DNA of 64,000 nucleotides, from assembly GCA_965219415.1 (NCBI GenBank), contig CBDCNP010000002.1, forward strand, positions 1,696,001 through 1,760,000. The letters are read 5' to 3'. The notes below the pieces were generated by a model that saw only the letters and a list, made by a program, of their open reading frames with translations, was not told the origin of the DNA and did not search any database. This stretch comes from Candidatus Marinacidobacterales bacterium (GTDB lineage: Bacteria; Acidobacteriota; Vicinamibacteria; Marinacidobacterales; DATDRI01). Positions 43,586-53,430 of this stretch are shown piece after piece (the stretch's first letter is position 1; every line of letters starts with the position of its first letter). Both the position numbers and the translations under genes were made by a program.

Positions 43586-45034
43586 CTACTGCCAATCTGG
43601 CTTGACCGCAAAAAAGAAGCTCTCCTTTCCGCGTTCCACGAACAAGACCACTTCTCGGAGCTTGTCTTGCCGAAGCGCCTCAACGGCGCGCCTAAAGGAG
43701 GCGATGTCGGCAATCTTCTGCTCTCCGAGCTTGACCAAAAGATCTCCCCGTTGTACGCGGTGCGGATTGGTGCGGACGGAAACCGGTGGCTGTTTCACCA
43801 CCACCCCCTCGGCGTCCGGATCGAGGTTCCGGGTTGCCAGATAGTCGAACGTCACCTCGCGCACCGCCATATCCAGCTCGTCCACTTCCACGGTCTCCGC
43901 TTCCCTGGCGCTCTTGGGTGCCGGCGCCAGAGCGGCTACCGTGTCCCGGCGCTCGCCGTCTCGCAGGTAGCCGATCGCCATATCGGTTCCAACACCCGCG
44001 CGCAGCAGCTTCTCCGAGAAGGCTCCGAGGCCCTGGTCCCGGTCCACGCCTATCGGCTGCCCTTGAAGCTCGATCAGAACATCTCCTGTTTGGAGGCCGG
44101 CATCCTCGGCGGGAGACTGGCGATATACATAGCCAAGAATGATGCCCGCCTTGACCGGCAGGCCCTGATGACTTGCAAGCTCCGGTGTCAACGCTTGCAT
44201 CTCTACTCCCAGCCAACCTCTTCTCATGGGAGTGGTTTCGGGAGGTCTCGAGGCAGCGGCGGCGAACAGCTCGGCGGGTCGCGCGAACCCTCTCCCGACC
44301 CCTTTCGGTAAACCTCGCAACACAGAAAGGAATGACAGAGGATTTCTCATGTTGCCGCCGGGCATAGAAACGGTCAGCGCGTCGAGCATTCCCAGTGGCG
44401 TTCCATCCAAATCGCAAACTAGGGAACCCACGGGATCGGCAGCTCCGGTAGCGACCACAAAGCCTTTCGAAGGGTTGGAGACAACGGCCTGGACCCGAGT
44501 GAGCTCCACCGCCAAAGCGGGTCCGAGAGGCTCTGGCAGGAGGCTGATGACCACGACCTGTTGTCCTACCGAAGCCATGGGTGGCTCCCCGAAGACTACG
44601 GGTTCGAACCGGCGACCCTCCGCTTCGATGCGAAAGAAGGCCACGTCCGCTTCGGAATCTCGCCCGAGGAGCGTCCCCGAATACTCGTTCCCATCCACCA
44701 AGCGTAAGCGGGCATCGCTGACTGTGGCGGCCCCCCGACTCACGGTGGCTGGGAAGCGGATTCCAACTCCGTGCGGTACCTGGTTGAAAGGCTCGTAGAT
44801 CATGCCACTTACCATCACCATGCCGTCGGCTGAGATCAAGAGTCCGGTCGTCGTCAGCTCCTCCTCTTGAGGTGGCTCGCCGGTAGAGACCATGACTTGC
44901 TGGGTGTAGCGCACCTGGACCAGGCTCTGCTCATAGCGATCCTCGAGCCGAGACAGCTTCTCCGAGATCGATTCCGGCTGTGGAACCGAGAGAGAGTAAA
45001 GGAGACCGAGTGCAACTGCGAGCTTAACGTGCAT
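43586..45034 (-). CDS. Exported trypsin-like plus 2xPDZ protein lacking catalytic His/Ser
   Basis: Signal peptide; GLLISADG, GRD.EADVAFF and RGWLGVEMQ PDZ; DPVGS where GNSGG is expected. Confidence 0.75.
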   Translation of the reverse strand: MHVKLAVALGLLYSLSVPQPESISEKLSRLEDRYEQSLVQVRYTQQVMVSTGEPPQEEELTTTGLLISADGMVMVSGMIYEPFNQVPHGVGIRFPATVSRGAATVSDARLRLVDGNEYSGTLLGRDSEADVAFFRIEAEGRRFEPVVFGEPPMASVGQQVVVISLLPEPLGPALAVELTRVQAVVSNPSKGFVVATGAADPVGSLVCDLDGTPLGMLDALTVSMPGGNMRNPLSFLSVLRGLPKGVGRGFARPAELFAAAASRPPETTPMRRGWLGVEMQALTPELASHQGLPVKAGIILGYVYRQSPAEDAGLQTGDVLIELQGQPIGVDRDQGLGAFSEKLLRAGVGTDMAIGYLRDGERRDTVAALAPAPKSAREAETVEVDELDMAVREVTFDYLATRNLDPDAEGVVVKQPPVSVRTNPHRVQRGDLLVKLGEQKIADIASFRRAVEALRQDKLREVVLFVERGKESFFFAVKPDWQ

Positions 45035-46424
45035 AAGACCCTTCGATGAGAACGAGGCGACGCGAATGCCGACGCATGACGGTCAATAGGACCTCCTTTA
45101 CCTGCTCGTCGTCGAGACGCCGATAGATCTCTCCGAGAGAACCCAGCCCGGGCACATCCTCGTTTTCCACCCGGACAATCCTGTCACCGGGAAAGAGCTG
45201 GGCTCGAAACGCTGGCCCGTTCGGTTTGACCCCTACCACGACCACGCCTTTGTCATCCGGCAGGTTGAACTCCAAGGCGAACTCTCGCGTGATGCCACGC
45301 GCGGTGAATCCCCAACTCTCACATTCCATCTCGTCGGAGATTCCCCGGCTCTGCTCCTCGGTCACAACTTGAAAACGAAGCTCCTCGCCGTTGCGCTCGA
45401 TCAACTGCTCGACCGCGTTGCCCACCGGCGTGTCGGCAATCAACTTGTAGATCGCGGGCAACTCCTCTTGGAACTGAGCCGAGATCTGTTGGCCGCCGTA
45501 GGCCACGAGGACGTCTCCGGCCTGGATTCCAGCGCGCGCCGCCGGAGAGTCGGGCTCCACGCTACGGATGATCACGCCCTGCGATGATTCCGTCTCGAAG
45601 TACTGAGCTAGCTCCTCGCGAGGCTGGAAATCGAGCCCCAACCAGCTGCGCCGAACTCGGCCGTGGTCTATCAGCTCCGCCGCCACCTCTTTAACGATAT
45701 TGATGGGTATGGCGAAGCCGATGCTGGAAGCCCCGAAGGCTCCTCGCGCATTGACGCCCACCACGCTGCCTGCAAGATCGACCAACGGACCGCCACTGTT
45801 TCCGGGATTGATGGCGGCGTCGGTCTGGATCCAAGTGTTGAAAGAGCCGGTGCGTTCGCCGGTCGGAAGCTTGAAATCGTCAGAGAGATAGCGGTCTTTG
45901 CTGCTCACCACCCCGAACGACAGCGACCGCTGCAAAGCGAGCGGGCTCCCCAGAGCCATCACGTACTGACCCACCTCGAGCAAATCGGAATCGCCCAGCG
46001 GTACGGGGTCGGGAAGTTGGAAATCCTCGCCCACGTCGACTCGCAAAACAGCAATGTCGGTGAGCGGATCCTCGCCCACCAGGATACCTGGCACCCGCTG
46101 TCGATCGCTCAATGTAATGATGAGGCGCTTCGCCTTCCCTGCAACGTGGTAATTGGTGACCACGTGCCCCTTTTCGTCGAAGATGAAACCGCTGCCAATA
46201 GCGGTTGAGCTTCGCCTCTCTCCGGAGGAGTAAACATCGGTGATCGGCTGTACGTTGACGAGAGCCGGGGCCACACGATCTCGCGCTGCAAAAATGCGGC
46301 TCTGGAGAACTTCGCCGCCGACCACCTGGCCGGCCGCAGCAGCTCCCGAAAGCAAGGCGAACCCGCACGCGATGGGTATCATATAGATAGATGATGGGGT
46401 GAACCCTGGTCTCGTCGATATCAT
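45024..46424 (-). CDS. HtrA/DegP-like serine protease with two PDZ domains
   Basis: Motifs GSGFI, TNYHV, TDIAV, QTDAAINPGNSGGPL and RSWLG; start approximate. Confidence 0.93.
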   Translation of the reverse strand: MISTRPGFTPSSIYMIPIACGFALLSGAAAAGQVVGGEVLQSRIFAARDRVAPALVNVQPITDVYSSGERRSSTAIGSGFIFDEKGHVVTNYHVAGKAKRLIITLSDRQRVPGILVGEDPLTDIAVLRVDVGEDFQLPDPVPLGDSDLLEVGQYVMALGSPLALQRSLSFGVVSSKDRYLSDDFKLPTGERTGSFNTWIQTDAAINPGNSGGPLVDLAGSVVGVNARGAFGASSIGFAIPINIVKEVAAELIDHGRVRRSWLGLDFQPREELAQYFETESSQGVIIRSVEPDSPAARAGIQAGDVLVAYGGQQISAQFQEELPAIYKLIADTPVGNAVEQLIERNGEELRFQVVTEEQSRGISDEMECESWGFTARGITREFALEFNLPDDKGVVVVGVKPNGPAFRAQLFPGDRIVRVENEDVPGLGSLGEIYRRLDDEQVKEVLLTVMRRHSRRLVLIEGSYAR

Positions 46425-46566
46425 TCTCTTTTTCTCTTTTGGACTTTCCCGCCCGAAATTCGCAGACTCGAGAAAATTCTGAGTTTTCCTGAAAGGGAGG
46501 GCCGGTCGCCGAACCCCCAACCAGCATCGTAGCAAAAAGATCCCGCGTCTCAAAGAGCAAGCTAGT

Positions 46567-46596
46567 TTGACAGCTTCTTCCACCCACCACTAGAAT
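46567..46596 (+). promoter_or_regulatory. sigma70-type promoter of the nuoA block
   Basis: TTGACA N18 TAGAAT, 36 nt upstream of nuoA. Confidence 0.65.
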
Positions 46597-46632
46597 CCCT
46601 TTGTTCTAAATAAGAAAGGGCAAAAAGACACG

Positions 46633-47016
46633 ATGGTCGACAGCCTTCCGGCCGGGGCCGCCTTGGCCCTGATGTTCGCTGCGTGTGCGCTGGTGGTCGG
46701 AGGCATGATGGTGGCCGGACGCCTACTCGGCAGGTCTGCATCTCCTGAAACCATCGCGCCGCATTCGCCGAAACACGAGCCCTTCGAGTGCGGCGCCGAG
46801 GAGGTGGCTCCACTTCCGTCTCATTTCTCGGTCAAGTATTACCGGGTGGCGATCCTCTTTCTTCTATTTGATGTGGAAATCGTTTTCTTTTACGCCTGGG
46901 CCGCGGCCTTCGATCAACTGGGTGTGGGCGGATACGTGGCGATGTTGTTCTTTGGCGGCCTCCTGGCGGTCGGGCTCGCCTACGAGTGGAGGTCAGGGGC
47001 TCTCGAATGGGACTGA
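46633..47016 (+). CDS. nuoA: NADH-quinone oxidoreductase subunit A
   Basis: Motifs PFECG, FSVKYY.VAILFLLFDVE and GALEWD. Confidence 0.96.
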   Translation: MVDSLPAGAALALMFAACALVVGGMMVAGRLLGRSASPETIAPHSPKHEPFECGAEEVAPLPSHFSVKYYRVAILFLLFDVEIVFFYAWAAAFDQLGVGGYVAMLFFGGLLAVGLAYEWRSGALEWD

Positions 47017-47528
47017 TGGAGGGCCTCGACAACAGTGTTGTCACCGGCAGACTGGATCGAGCGGTCGGCTGGGCCCGCAAGTTCTCTTTGTTCAACCTTC
47101 CTTTTGTAACCGCCTGTTGCGGCTTGGAGTACATGTCGGTGCAGAGCGCCCACTACGACATGGACCGTTTCGGCGCCGCCTTTCCCAGGTTCTCGCCCCG
47201 CCAGTCCGACTTGCTGATGGTCGTAGGAACCATCAGCCACAAGATGGCTCCCGTCCTCGTCAGAGTCTATGAACAAATGTGCGAGCCCAAGTGGGTGGTC
47301 TCCTTCGGAGTCTGCACGATCTCCGGTGGGTTTTACGATAATTACTGCACCTTGATGGGCATCGATCGAGTGATCCCGGTGGATATGTACATCCCGGGGT
47401 GCCCGCCTCGTCCCGAGATGGTGCTGGACGGGCTGGTGAAGCTCCAAGAGAAGATCCAGCATTCCGGGAACGAGTCCACCAACCGGGAGCGGCCCGGACA
47501 TTTTTCAAACCCGGCCGACTCAGCATGA
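47007..47528 (+). CDS. nuoB: NADH-quinone oxidoreductase subunit B
   Basis: Motifs TACCGLE, SPRQSD, FGVC and IPGCPPRPE. Confidence 0.96.
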   Translation: MGLMEGLDNSVVTGRLDRAVGWARKFSLFNLPFVTACCGLEYMSVQSAHYDMDRFGAAFPRFSPRQSDLLMVVGTISHKMAPVLVRVYEQMCEPKWVVSFGVCTISGGFYDNYCTLMGIDRVIPVDMYIPGCPPRPEMVLDGLVKLQEKIQHSGNESTNRERPGHFSNPADSA

Positions 47529-48097
47529 ACGTCCCTCCTCCCACGTGGCCCGAGGCTCTCGACAAACTCGCCGAAGAACTGGGACCGCGTCTCGTCCGAC
47601 GAGACTCTCCACGTGGCGAGGTGACGGTGGTTGTGTCCGCCGACGCCTGGTTCGAGGCGTGCCAACGACTGAAGGGCGACCTCGCGTTCGACATGCTGAC
47701 CGATCTGACGGTCGTGGATCTCGCACCGCTCGAGAGATCGCCGGCCCTCGAGCTGGTTGCTCATTTGTACTCGATCCAAAGGAACCACCGGCTGCGTGTG
47801 AAGGCATCGGTCTCGGGCAGAAAACTGGAAGTCGCTAGTCTCACGCCCCTGTGGAAGAACGCCAACTGGTTGGAGCGGGAAGCGTGGGACATGTTCGGCG
47901 TTCGATTCGGAGGCCATCCAGACCTTAGGCGCATCCTCCTTTACTCAGAGTTCGAGGGTCACGCACTTAGGAAGGACTACCCTCTTCGCAAGCGACAACC
48001 GCTGGTCACCGAGCGAGAGGTCGACGAGCCCAACTCGATGTCCAGCGAGCCGATTCGGCATCCGGCCGAGACCCGATTCAAGACTTTCGGAGTATGA
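47525..48097 (+). CDS. nuoC: NADH-quinone oxidoreductase subunit C (probably fused to D)
   Basis: ANWLEREAWDMFGVRFGGHPDLRRILL..GHALRKDYP. Confidence 0.94.
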   Translation: MNVPPPTWPEALDKLAEELGPRLVRRDSPRGEVTVVVSADAWFEACQRLKGDLAFDMLTDLTVVDLAPLERSPALELVAHLYSIQRNHRLRVKASVSGRKLEVASLTPLWKNANWLEREAWDMFGVRFGGHPDLRRILLYSEFEGHALRKDYPLRKRQPLVTEREVDEPNSMSSEPIRHPAETRFKTFGV

Positions 48098-48098
48098 C

Positions 48099-49445
48099 TT
48101 GAAGAAGGCGTTCTCCCCAGAGCCGCGTCGGGATCACATGTTCCTCAACATGGGGCCGGCGCATCCCGCCATGCACGGCATCATCAAGATCCAGTTGGAG
48201 CTCGATGGCGAGACGGTGGTGAGCTCGGATGTGGAGATCGGCTATTTGCATCGAGGATTCGAAAAGACTTGTGAGAACCGAACCTACACTCAAGTCGTGC
48301 CCTATACCGACCGGCTCAACTACGTCTCCCCGCTCATCAACGAAGTCGGTTACTGCTTAACGGTAGAAAAGCTCTTCGGCCTGACCGTGACCCGGCGCGC
48401 TCAATACATTCGGGTCTTGATGTGCGAAGTTTCCCGCATCACCGATCACCTGACGAGCGTGGGCGCCAGCGCTATGGAGCTGGGCGCATTCAGTGCTTTT
48501 CTCTATATGATCAAGGCCCGCGAGATCCTCTACGATCTCATCGAGAACGTTACCGGGGCGCGCGTCATGCCCAACTACATTCGGATCGGGGGACTGAAGT
48601 CCGATCTACCGGAGGGTTTCGAAGTCTCGGCACGGGTCGCGGTCGAAGAGGTCCGGCAAATCCTCGCGGAAGTTCACGCCCTCCTTACGCGAAACCGTAT
48701 TTTCGTGGACCGGCTGAGCGGGCTGGGCGTGATCTCGGCCGAGGACGCGGTGAGCCACGGTTTCACCGGTCCATGCCTCCGCTCGACCGGGGTCGGTTAT
48801 GACGTTCGCAAGGCCGAGCCGTACCTGGTCTACGACCGACTCGACTTCGATGTTCCGGTGGGCGAGACGGGCGATAACTACGATCGCTACCTGGTCCGCA
48901 TGGAAGAGATGGAGCAAAGTCTCCGCCTCGTCGAACAGTGCTTGGCGCAGATGCCGCAAGGCGCCTATCAAATGGACCTCACCGGGCGGGAGATGACGCC
49001 GGCTCAGCTTATCGAGGAAGCGAAACTGAAGCCGGAATTGGAACCGATCCGACGAGCACGTATCCCTCTCAGCCCCGACCTCGAAGGCACCGAAAAGAGG
49101 AACCTTCAAAACGTCGTGGTGCAGGACAAGACGGTCGTGTTCCCGCCGAAAGAGGATACCTACGGAAACATCGAAGGGCTGATGCAGCATTTCAAGCTGG
49201 TCATGTACGGACACGGCATCCGGCCACCCAAGGGAGAGGTCTATCAGGCCGTGGAAGGAGGCAACGGCGAGCTCGGTTTCTACCTGGTCTCGGACGGTAC
49301 CGACATGCCCTTCCGCCTCCGTTGCCGTGGTCCGTGCTTTCACCTGATGTCCGGTCTCAGCAGAATGATCGAAGGACAGACGGTTGCGGACGTCGTGCCA
49401 ACATTCGGCTCCATCAACATGATTGGTGGCGAGCTAGACCGGTAA
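48099..49445 (+). CDS. nuoD: NADH-quinone oxidoreductase subunit D
   Basis: Motifs NMGPAHPAMHG, GYLHRGFEK, DRLNY and GELGFY; ends GELDR; no clear SD, so probably one NuoCD reading frame. Confidence 0.95.
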   Translation: MKKAFSPEPRRDHMFLNMGPAHPAMHGIIKIQLELDGETVVSSDVEIGYLHRGFEKTCENRTYTQVVPYTDRLNYVSPLINEVGYCLTVEKLFGLTVTRRAQYIRVLMCEVSRITDHLTSVGASAMELGAFSAFLYMIKAREILYDLIENVTGARVMPNYIRIGGLKSDLPEGFEVSARVAVEEVRQILAEVHALLTRNRIFVDRLSGLGVISAEDAVSHGFTGPCLRSTGVGYDVRKAEPYLVYDRLDFDVPVGETGDNYDRYLVRMEEMEQSLRLVEQCLAQMPQGAYQMDLTGREMTPAQLIEEAKLKPELEPIRRARIPLSPDLEGTEKRNLQNVVVQDKTVVFPPKEDTYGNIEGLMQHFKLVMYGHGIRPPKGEVYQAVEGGNGELGFYLVSDGTDMPFRLRCRGPCFHLMSGLSRMIEGQTVADVVPTFGSINMIGGELDR

Positions 49446-49459
49446 CCGAAGAGCGCGCC

Positions 49460-51007
49460 ATGCCCACCCTCAAGATCAACGGCGAGGAGATTACCGTCGA
49501 CCCAGGCACCACAGTGATCCAAGCTGCCGATCGCCTAGGCGTCCGCATCCCACGCTACTGCTATCACCCCGGGCTCTCGATCGAGGGCAACTGTCGCATC
49601 TGCACCGTCGAGATCGAAAATCTGCCGAAATTGACGACCGCCTGCACGACCCCGGCGACGGACGGCATGGTGGTCTGGACCGATACACCGGACGTCGAGA
49701 AAGCCCGCCAAGGAGTCCTGGAGTTCTTGCTGCTGTCCCACCCACTCGACTGCCCGGTTTGTGACGCGGCCGGCGAATGCGATCTACAGAACTACTACAT
49801 GGCCTACGGACGTCAAGAGGCGCGCTTCGCGGAGAGCAAACTCAAGCGACGTAAGGCGGCCGATATCGGACCCACCGTTCTGCTGGACAACGAAAGATGT
49901 ATTCTCTGCACGCGCTGCGTGCGTTTTACGAACGAGGTGAGCCGTAGTTACGAACTTGGCGTGGCCCATCGCGGCTCTCGTTCCGAGATCACACTTTTTC
50001 CAGGGAAAAAACTCGAGAACTTGTATTCCGGATGCGTCGTCGATATTTGCCCGGTGGGAGCGCTCACCGACAAAGACTTCCGCTTCGAAGTCCGCCCCTG
50101 GTACCTACGGTCGACTCCTTCGGTTTGTCCACATTGCAGCCGAGGCTGCAATATCGTCGTCGATTGGCAGACCGCGCGGCCGCATCATGAGGAAGGCAAA
50201 AGGGTCTTTCGCATCCGGCCCCGCTATAACGAAGACGTCAATCGTTGGTGGATGTGTGACATCGGCCGCTATGGCTATCGATTCGTGGACTCACCCGACC
50301 GTTTGCGTTCGCCCCTGTTGCGATCCGAGAAAAGCGAGGAGATGGAGCCGGCGAGTTGGGGTTCCGCTGTCGAAGAAGCCGGTTCGATACTCGCCGAACG
50401 CCCAGCCTTACTCATCTCCGCCGAGGCATCCAACGAAGAGCTTTGGGCCTTTCGCAAACTACTGGGTGACGGGACGAGGGTGATTTGCTGGGTTCCACCC
50501 TCCCAGCCGCCCGACGAGCTTCTTTTTACTGGAGAGCGCGCTCCGAACCGGCGGGGGGCCGAGCTCATGGGATACGACTTCATCCAAGACAAAGATCCCG
50601 GCATGGCGGTTCGTGAGGCCGCCACCTCCGCAAAGTCCTTACTGGTGGTGGGAAGGGCGTTCGTCGATTCTTTGCGAGCCGCGCCGCAGTCGGTTCCCGT
50701 TGTCGCGGTCACATCCATGTGGAGGAGCGGTAACGCTCGGGTCGCACTGGCGTCCGCGGTTTGGGCCGAGAAGGAAGGCACTTTTACAAACATAGACAGT
50801 CGCGTACAACGTTTTCAGAAGGCGGTGGATCCGATCGACGCCGCTCGGACCGAGCTCGAGATCGCATCGGCTCTCGGGAAGAGTTGGGGTGTGCCGCTTC
50901 CCGCCGACCCTCGGGAAGCCTTCGACTCGCTGGCGACAGAGGTGAGCGCCTTCTCGGATCTGTCCTTCGAAGACATCGGCGATACGGGAAAACCCGCTAC
51001 CTCATAA
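49460..51007 (+). CDS. nuoG: NADH-quinone oxidoreductase subunit G (short, ~515 aa)
   Basis: Motifs CYHPGLS..GNCRIC, HPLDCPVCD..GEC, CILCTRC..CPVG and CPHCSRGC..WMC (N7). Confidence 0.93.
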   Translation: MPTLKINGEEITVDPGTTVIQAADRLGVRIPRYCYHPGLSIEGNCRICTVEIENLPKLTTACTTPATDGMVVWTDTPDVEKARQGVLEFLLLSHPLDCPVCDAAGECDLQNYYMAYGRQEARFAESKLKRRKAADIGPTVLLDNERCILCTRCVRFTNEVSRSYELGVAHRGSRSEITLFPGKKLENLYSGCVVDICPVGALTDKDFRFEVRPWYLRSTPSVCPHCSRGCNIVVDWQTARPHHEEGKRVFRIRPRYNEDVNRWWMCDIGRYGYRFVDSPDRLRSPLLRSEKSEEMEPASWGSAVEEAGSILAERPALLISAEASNEELWAFRKLLGDGTRVICWVPPSQPPDELLFTGERAPNRRGAELMGYDFIQDKDPGMAVREAATSAKSLLVVGRAFVDSLRAAPQSVPVVAVTSMWRSGNARVALASAVWAEKEGTFTNIDSRVQRFQKAVDPIDAARTELEIASALGKSWGVPLPADPREAFDSLATEVSAFSDLSFEDIGDTGKPATS

Positions 51008-51014
51008 ACCACTC

Positions 51015-52094
51015 ATGTTCATCGAGACGACCATCACGCTTGCCAAGATCGCTCTGGTTCTCGGTGCTGTCTTGAACTTTGCTCTGTTCCTCACCTGGGT
51101 AGAGAGAAAGCAAAGCGCCGTCATTCAAGATCGGATCGGCGCCAATCGTGCGTCCATTTTCGGAGTCCGCGCGCTCGGCCTCTTCCATCCGATCGCCGAC
51201 GGCCTCAAGATGCTGACCAAGGAAAACTTTATCCCCAGATCGGCCGACCGATTCTTGTACCCGCTGGCCCCTTTTATTTCTTTGTTCTTCGCGCTGGCCA
51301 CGTTCGCGGTCATTCCCTTTGGCGATGTGTTGCACGTGGGAGAACGGGAGATCCAACTTCAGGTCGCAGACCTCGATATCGGCGTACTCTTCATCTTTGC
51401 TTTCGCGGGGCTCGGGATCTACGGAACCGTGCTAGCCGGTTGGGCTTCCGGGAACAAGTGGTCTCTTTTGGGTTCGCTACGCGCCGGCGCGCAGATGATC
51501 GCCTACGAAGTTACCCTCGGCCTTACCATCGTCGGAGTCCTGATGATTTTCGGCTCGGTCGCGCTCGACGAGATCGTCCATGCCCAGGGAGACCTCGTGT
51601 ACGGCGTTCCACGGTGGGGCATCTTGGTTCAACCCCTGGGGTTCTTGCTGTTTTTGGTCGCGGCGACGGCGGAGACGAAGAGGCCACCTTTCGATGTTCC
51701 GGAAGGTGAATCGGAAATCATCGGTTACCATCTCGAGTACTCGGGCATCAAGTTCGGGATGTTCATGATGACCGATTTCGTGGAGTCGATCATGGCGGCC
51801 GGCGTCGCGGCAACACTCTTCCTGGGCGGTTGGCAAGTACCTTACTTGGAAGCGAGCGGTTTCGTTTTCCCGTGGGGCACGACTTGGGAGCTTCCCCACC
51901 TTGCTGTGGTACTGCTCCAGGTATTAGCCTTCGCGCTAAAGGTGTGCGCCGTTTCGTGGCTCTTAATGCAAACCCGTTGGACGCTGCCCCGGCTCCGTTA
52001 CGACCAAGTCCTCAGACTGGGTTGGAAGATGCTACTCCCCGCGTCTTTGGTGAACGTCTTCGTCACCGGACTGGTGCTCCTATTATTAAGGTAG
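51015..52094 (+). CDS. nuoH: NADH-quinone oxidoreductase subunit H
   Basis: Motifs ERKQSA.IQDRIG, ADGLKMLTKE, AETKRPPFDVPEGESE and PRLRYDQ. Confidence 0.97.
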   Translation: MFIETTITLAKIALVLGAVLNFALFLTWVERKQSAVIQDRIGANRASIFGVRALGLFHPIADGLKMLTKENFIPRSADRFLYPLAPFISLFFALATFAVIPFGDVLHVGEREIQLQVADLDIGVLFIFAFAGLGIYGTVLAGWASGNKWSLLGSLRAGAQMIAYEVTLGLTIVGVLMIFGSVALDEIVHAQGDLVYGVPRWGILVQPLGFLLFLVAATAETKRPPFDVPEGESEIIGYHLEYSGIKFGMFMMTDFVESIMAAGVAATLFLGGWQVPYLEASGFVFPWGTTWELPHLAVVLLQVLAFALKVCAVSWLLMQTRWTLPRLRYDQVLRLGWKMLLPASLVNVFVTGLVLLLLR

Positions 52095-52128
52095 AGGGAG
52101 GGCCCCCCGGGATTCGAAGAAGGTTGAT

Positions 52129-53253
52129 GTGAGTTCAACTCCGGTGTTCCCCATACACCAACGAGTTATCGGGTCTAATCACGTAGACGAAAGGAAGTAC
52201 CAGAAAGGTTCCGTGAGCTTGGAAATCGCCCTATTGGCTGCATTCGTGGTGGCAGCAGCATTGATGGCCCTGGCGGTGGCCCTGTTCTTCTTTGCGGGGG
52301 CGCGGCGTCCGGGTGGGTCTTCGGAGGGCATCACTCTCGTCCAACAACAGCTCAATGCCATCCGATCCGAGCTCGCGGGCTACATGCAGCACCAGTCGAC
52401 ACAGCTCGAGCAGGCCCATGAAACGATGGGCGATCGGCTGGATCGAGCATCGACCAGCGTTGCCGAGGTCCGTCAACAACTAGGTGTTCTCGAGCAGGCT
52501 ACCGTGCGCGTTCTCGAGGTTGGGAAAACGGTGGCAGGCATCGAGAACCTCCTCCGCGCTCCCAAAATGAGGGGGGTGCTGGGCGAGACTCTTCTCACCG
52601 AGCTAATCCCCCAAGTGCTCCCGCCGACCCTCTTCGAGCTCCAGTACGCGTTCAAGAGTGGGGAGAGAGTCGACGCTGCGGTACACGTCGGTGAGAACCT
52701 TCTCCCCATCGACGCCAAGTTTCCTCTCGAGAACCTGAGGCGCGCCGACGAGGCGCCCGCGGCGGAGCGGGATGCATTTCTCCGCGCCTTCTCGCGGGAT
52801 TTCAGGAAGCACGTGGACGCGATCGCGAACAAGTACATCTTGCCGGGTGAAGGCACACTTCCGATGGCGTTCCTTTACGTGCCGGCAGAAAACGTATACC
52901 AGCAGGCCATCTTGGGCGAGTGGGAGCTCGCGGAATACGCGATCTCGCGCCGTGTGGTTCCCATGGGCCCGCTCGGACTCTACGCGTTCCTCCAGAGTGC
53001 TCTATTGGGAACGCGCAGCGCGGCCGTTCCAGCCCAGGCTCGGGAGCTCCTCGCCGGACTCGAACAGATCGCTATCGAGCTGGGGCAGCTGGAAGAAGAG
53101 ATGGCCAAGTTGGGACGCCACCTCGGCCTCGCCCGCAACAACCTCCAGCAAATGGAACGGCGAACCGGACACCTTTCGGAAACCGTCGATGGTGCGCGTT
53201 CCTCGCTAGACGTGGGAACCGCCGTCCCGCGAGGCACGTCCCGTGACGACTAG
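52129..53253 (+). CDS. rmuC: DNA recombination protein RmuC family
   Basis: TM anchor, coiled coil, PKMRGVLGE, PIDAKFP, KYILPGEGT and YVPAE; true start probably near 52213-52219. Confidence 0.9.
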   Translation: MSSTPVFPIHQRVIGSNHVDERKYQKGSVSLEIALLAAFVVAAALMALAVALFFFAGARRPGGSSEGITLVQQQLNAIRSELAGYMQHQSTQLEQAHETMGDRLDRASTSVAEVRQQLGVLEQATVRVLEVGKTVAGIENLLRAPKMRGVLGETLLTELIPQVLPPTLFELQYAFKSGERVDAAVHVGENLLPIDAKFPLENLRRADEAPAAERDAFLRAFSRDFRKHVDAIANKYILPGEGTLPMAFLYVPAENVYQQAILGEWELAEYAISRRVVPMGPLGLYAFLQSALLGTRSAAVPAQARELLAGLEQIAIELGQLEEEMAKLGRHLGLARNNLQQMERRTGHLSETVDGARSSLDVGTAVPRGTSRDD

Positions 53254-53430
53254 ACTCCTTCTTGCGAGACGCTCCCCTTCGGACGTACACTATGCGCCGC
53301 TCTCGGGGAGCTGCCTGGCCCTCGAATTCGGGATTCCATCCTCTCTATCGCCGGGCCACACCGGAGAAACCCTAGGAAAAGGTCTTCGTCGTCTAGAGAT
53401 TGAGTTACATTTTTAGGAAGGAATGAGTAG

